Positions 36,165 through 37,987 of a stretch of 37,987 bases of DNA are shown in pieces. Positions within the stretch are counted from its first letter, which is position 1. The number at the start of each line of letters is the position of its first letter. The DNA is from Myxococcota bacterium. GTDB lineage: Bacteria; Myxococcota_C; UBA6777. The translations under genes and the position numbers were made by a program. The stretch is from assembly GCA_023150835.1 (NCBI GenBank), contig JAKLKB010000077.1:1-37987 (forward strand). Reading direction: 5' to 3'. A model generated the notes under the pieces. That model searched no databases. It worked only from the letters and a program-made list of their open reading frames with translations, and had not been told where the DNA came from.

Positions 36165-37313
36165 ATGTTTTCCTACAGCATTATCGGTGCGGGATTGGCT
36201 GGTCTGGCCTTCGCTGAAGCCTTGCACAAACGAGGCGTACCCGCAGAACAGATCCTCTTGATCGAAGAAACCCAACCTGCGGCGGGTTCTTCTGGAGCGA
36301 TCGGTGCGATGCTTAATCCCCTGCCCGGTCGCTCGCTGATCATGAAGGGCGGACATGCAGAAGCCTACGCCTACGCCTACCACTGGATCTTGCAGCACGC
36401 CCAAGAAGACGGTCGCGCTTATTGTCGCACCTTGCCGATACTGCGGCCTTTTGTCGAAGATCTCGGGGCCGAACAGATGCAACAGTCCTTTTTGCGTGGA
36501 CTCAGCACCTACCCCGCCACCTTGCACAGCGAGAACCTTTCCGCAAGCCAAGTCGCCGAACGCTTCCCTTGGTTAACGCAAACGGATGGAGCCTTGCTGT
36601 TTTCTCCCGCTCTTGCCGTAAACTACGGAGAGATCACATGCGGCCTCTTTGAAAAGCTCGAAGCCAAGGGCATCCGCACTCAAGTCGGTCACGCATTGCA
36701 GACCATGCAATACACCCAAGACAACACTTGGTGTCTTCGTCTCGCCGATGGAACCGAACAGATCACCAAGCACGTCATCTTTTCGATCGGAGCAGACCTC
36801 GATCTGTGGTTCCCTGATCTGCCGCTTCAAACCACAGGTGGCGAGTTGGCAGAGTTTCGTCCACCCGCAGGCATCGAGATCAACACCATGATCAGTGCCG
36901 CAGGATACCTCATCCCCAATACTGCGGGGACTTGGATCGCAGGCGCGACCTTCTGGCATGGCAAAAAAGCCTCCACCTCCACCCAAGAAGAGATCTTTTC
37001 GAGCCTCCGCGCCAAGATCGCTCGTATGCTCCCCGCCATCGAAGAAGCCGAACCGATCCGCTCGTGGTTCGGTGTTCGCGCCATCCACCCTGCGGATCGC
37101 TTGCCCTTTGTCGGCCCCTTGCCTGAACTCCCAAATGTCTCGATGCTTGGGGCCTTTTCGTCAAAGGGCTTGCTGTGGGGGCCGTGGAGTGCCGCTTGTC
37201 TTGCGGCATGGTTGGTCGACGGTGAAAACGCCATCCATCCGAGAACACACACACAGCGCGTCCCCGCAAGCGCATGGAAACCTAGCACCACCCGTATTTT
37301 GGGAGTCCCTTGA
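36165..37313 (+). CDS. FAD-dependent oxidoreductase, DAO/MnmC C-terminal-like
   Basis: IIGAGLAG, GSSGAIG, GYLIP, GATF, FGVRA, DRLPFVG, SSKGLLWGP; AAGGAG RBS; adjacent to mnmD. Confidence 0.82.
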   Translation: MFSYSIIGAGLAGLAFAEALHKRGVPAEQILLIEETQPAAGSSGAIGAMLNPLPGRSLIMKGGHAEAYAYAYHWILQHAQEDGRAYCRTLPILRPFVEDLGAEQMQQSFLRGLSTYPATLHSENLSASQVAERFPWLTQTDGALLFSPALAVNYGEITCGLFEKLEAKGIRTQVGHALQTMQYTQDNTWCLRLADGTEQITKHVIFSIGADLDLWFPDLPLQTTGGELAEFRPPAGIEINTMISAAGYLIPNTAGTWIAGATFWHGKKASTSTQEEIFSSLRAKIARMLPAIEEAEPIRSWFGVRAIHPADRLPFVGPLPELPNVSMLGAFSSKGLLWGPWSAACLAAWLVDGENAIHPRTHTQRVPASAWKPSTTRILGVP

Positions 37314-37987
37314 TGGCGATCGCGCACCCTCCTCTGCCTACGCCACCCTCCCCTCCTGAGGAACCGATCGATCCTCGGCTATTTCGGGAGCGCCCTTTCG
37401 GGCTGTGGGCGCTACAGCTTTTGTTGGCGGGTGGCCTTGTGTGGATGATGGTGTCAGGCTTGCGCGCCGTACAACAACGCGACGCACAGCGCAAAGCCTC
37501 CGAACGAGCGGGCGATCAGGCATGCGGCCTCCCTTTCCCCCACACCTCCCACAAAAAGCAGATCCTGATCCTCGCTCTTTCCGAAGACGAAGCCCGAGCC
37601 AACACCCAAGAAGGCACATCCCCCGAAGATCAACGCGGCCTCTCGCAATGGCTGCGCAGATCTTCCGCTGCATGGGGAAAGATCGGCTGGCATCTTCGAC
37701 CAAGTAGCTTGTGGACGCTCTCCAATCCTCCGCTCTCTCCACAACAACAGATCGCGATCTCCCGAAATCTCGCAGCGCGTTGCCAAGTCGATGCCGTCCT
37801 CTCCACCGTCCTCACCACATGGGCAACGCCCAAATCCCCCACCCTATCGACCCCCAACCATCACACTCATCCGACTCCCAAGTCCCCCATCCTATCGAAC
37901 TCAAAGCATCCGATTCATCCGACTCCCAAGTCCCCCATCCCACCGAACCCAACCCCCCCCATCCCATCGAACTCAAAGCATTCGAGT
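37313..37987 (+). CDS. Membrane-anchored hypothetical protein, partial (runs off the right edge)
   Basis: TGATG coupling with the previous stop. Manual translation MAIAHPPLPTPP...FGLWALQLLLAGGLVWMMVSGL... stays open to the window end. Confidence 0.65.
   Translation, partial: MAIAHPPLPTPPSPPEEPIDPRLFRERPFGLWALQLLLAGGLVWMMVSGLRAVQQRDAQRKASERAGDQACGLPFPHTSHKKQILILALSEDEARANTQEGTSPEDQRGLSQWLRRSSAAWGKIGWHLRPSSLWTLSNPPLSPQQQIAISRNLAARCQVDAVLSTVLTTWATPKSPTLSTPNHHTHPTPKSPILSNSKHPIHPTPKSPIPPNPTPPIPSNSKHSS
37826..37983 (+). repeat. Degenerate ~48-bp coding tandem repeats
   Basis: CATCCGACTCCCAAGTCCCCCATCC at 37868 and 37916; ATCGAACTCAAAGCAT occurs twice; peptide HPTPKSPI repeated. Confidence 0.75.

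Noticed and set aside
36110-36170. Frameshifted single mnmC gene
   Set aside because: The second ORF has its own AAGGAG RBS and an ATG directly before the Rossmann motif, so two genes is the simpler reading.

Overview
Bacterial chromosomal segment with about 26 CDSs. Gene content (Hanks-type kinase, tandem cNMP-binding protein, low-complexity N-termini) suggests a Myxococcota-like organism; this is inference only. Recognisable genes: pncB-polA, a membrane-anchored MutS-domain-V ATPase, a metallophosphoesterase, hemerythrin, an orphan N6-adenine DNA methyltransferase, a DUF455 ferritin-like + ATP-grasp-like pair, an acyltransferase + SDR pair, nifJ (PFOR) + a dihydroorotate-dehydrogenase-like gene behind a perfect FNR box, a Ser/Thr kinase, and a split mnmD/mnmC-like pair. 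I saw no rRNA, tRNA, CRISPR array or transposase. The most unusual signal is a dispersed ~140-bp double-hairpin repeat (family R1; four near-complete copies plus two fragments). Three copies lie inside unrelated ORFs in the same orientation and frame, adding the peptide CGAxxxxxQGxAAPLTP, much like Rickettsia palindromic elements. A second MITE/REP-like family (R2) flanks the MutS-like gene in inverted orientation. Two signal-peptide-less proteins with catalytic-looking C-terminal domains are candidate secreted effectors. All alignments and counts were done by eye.
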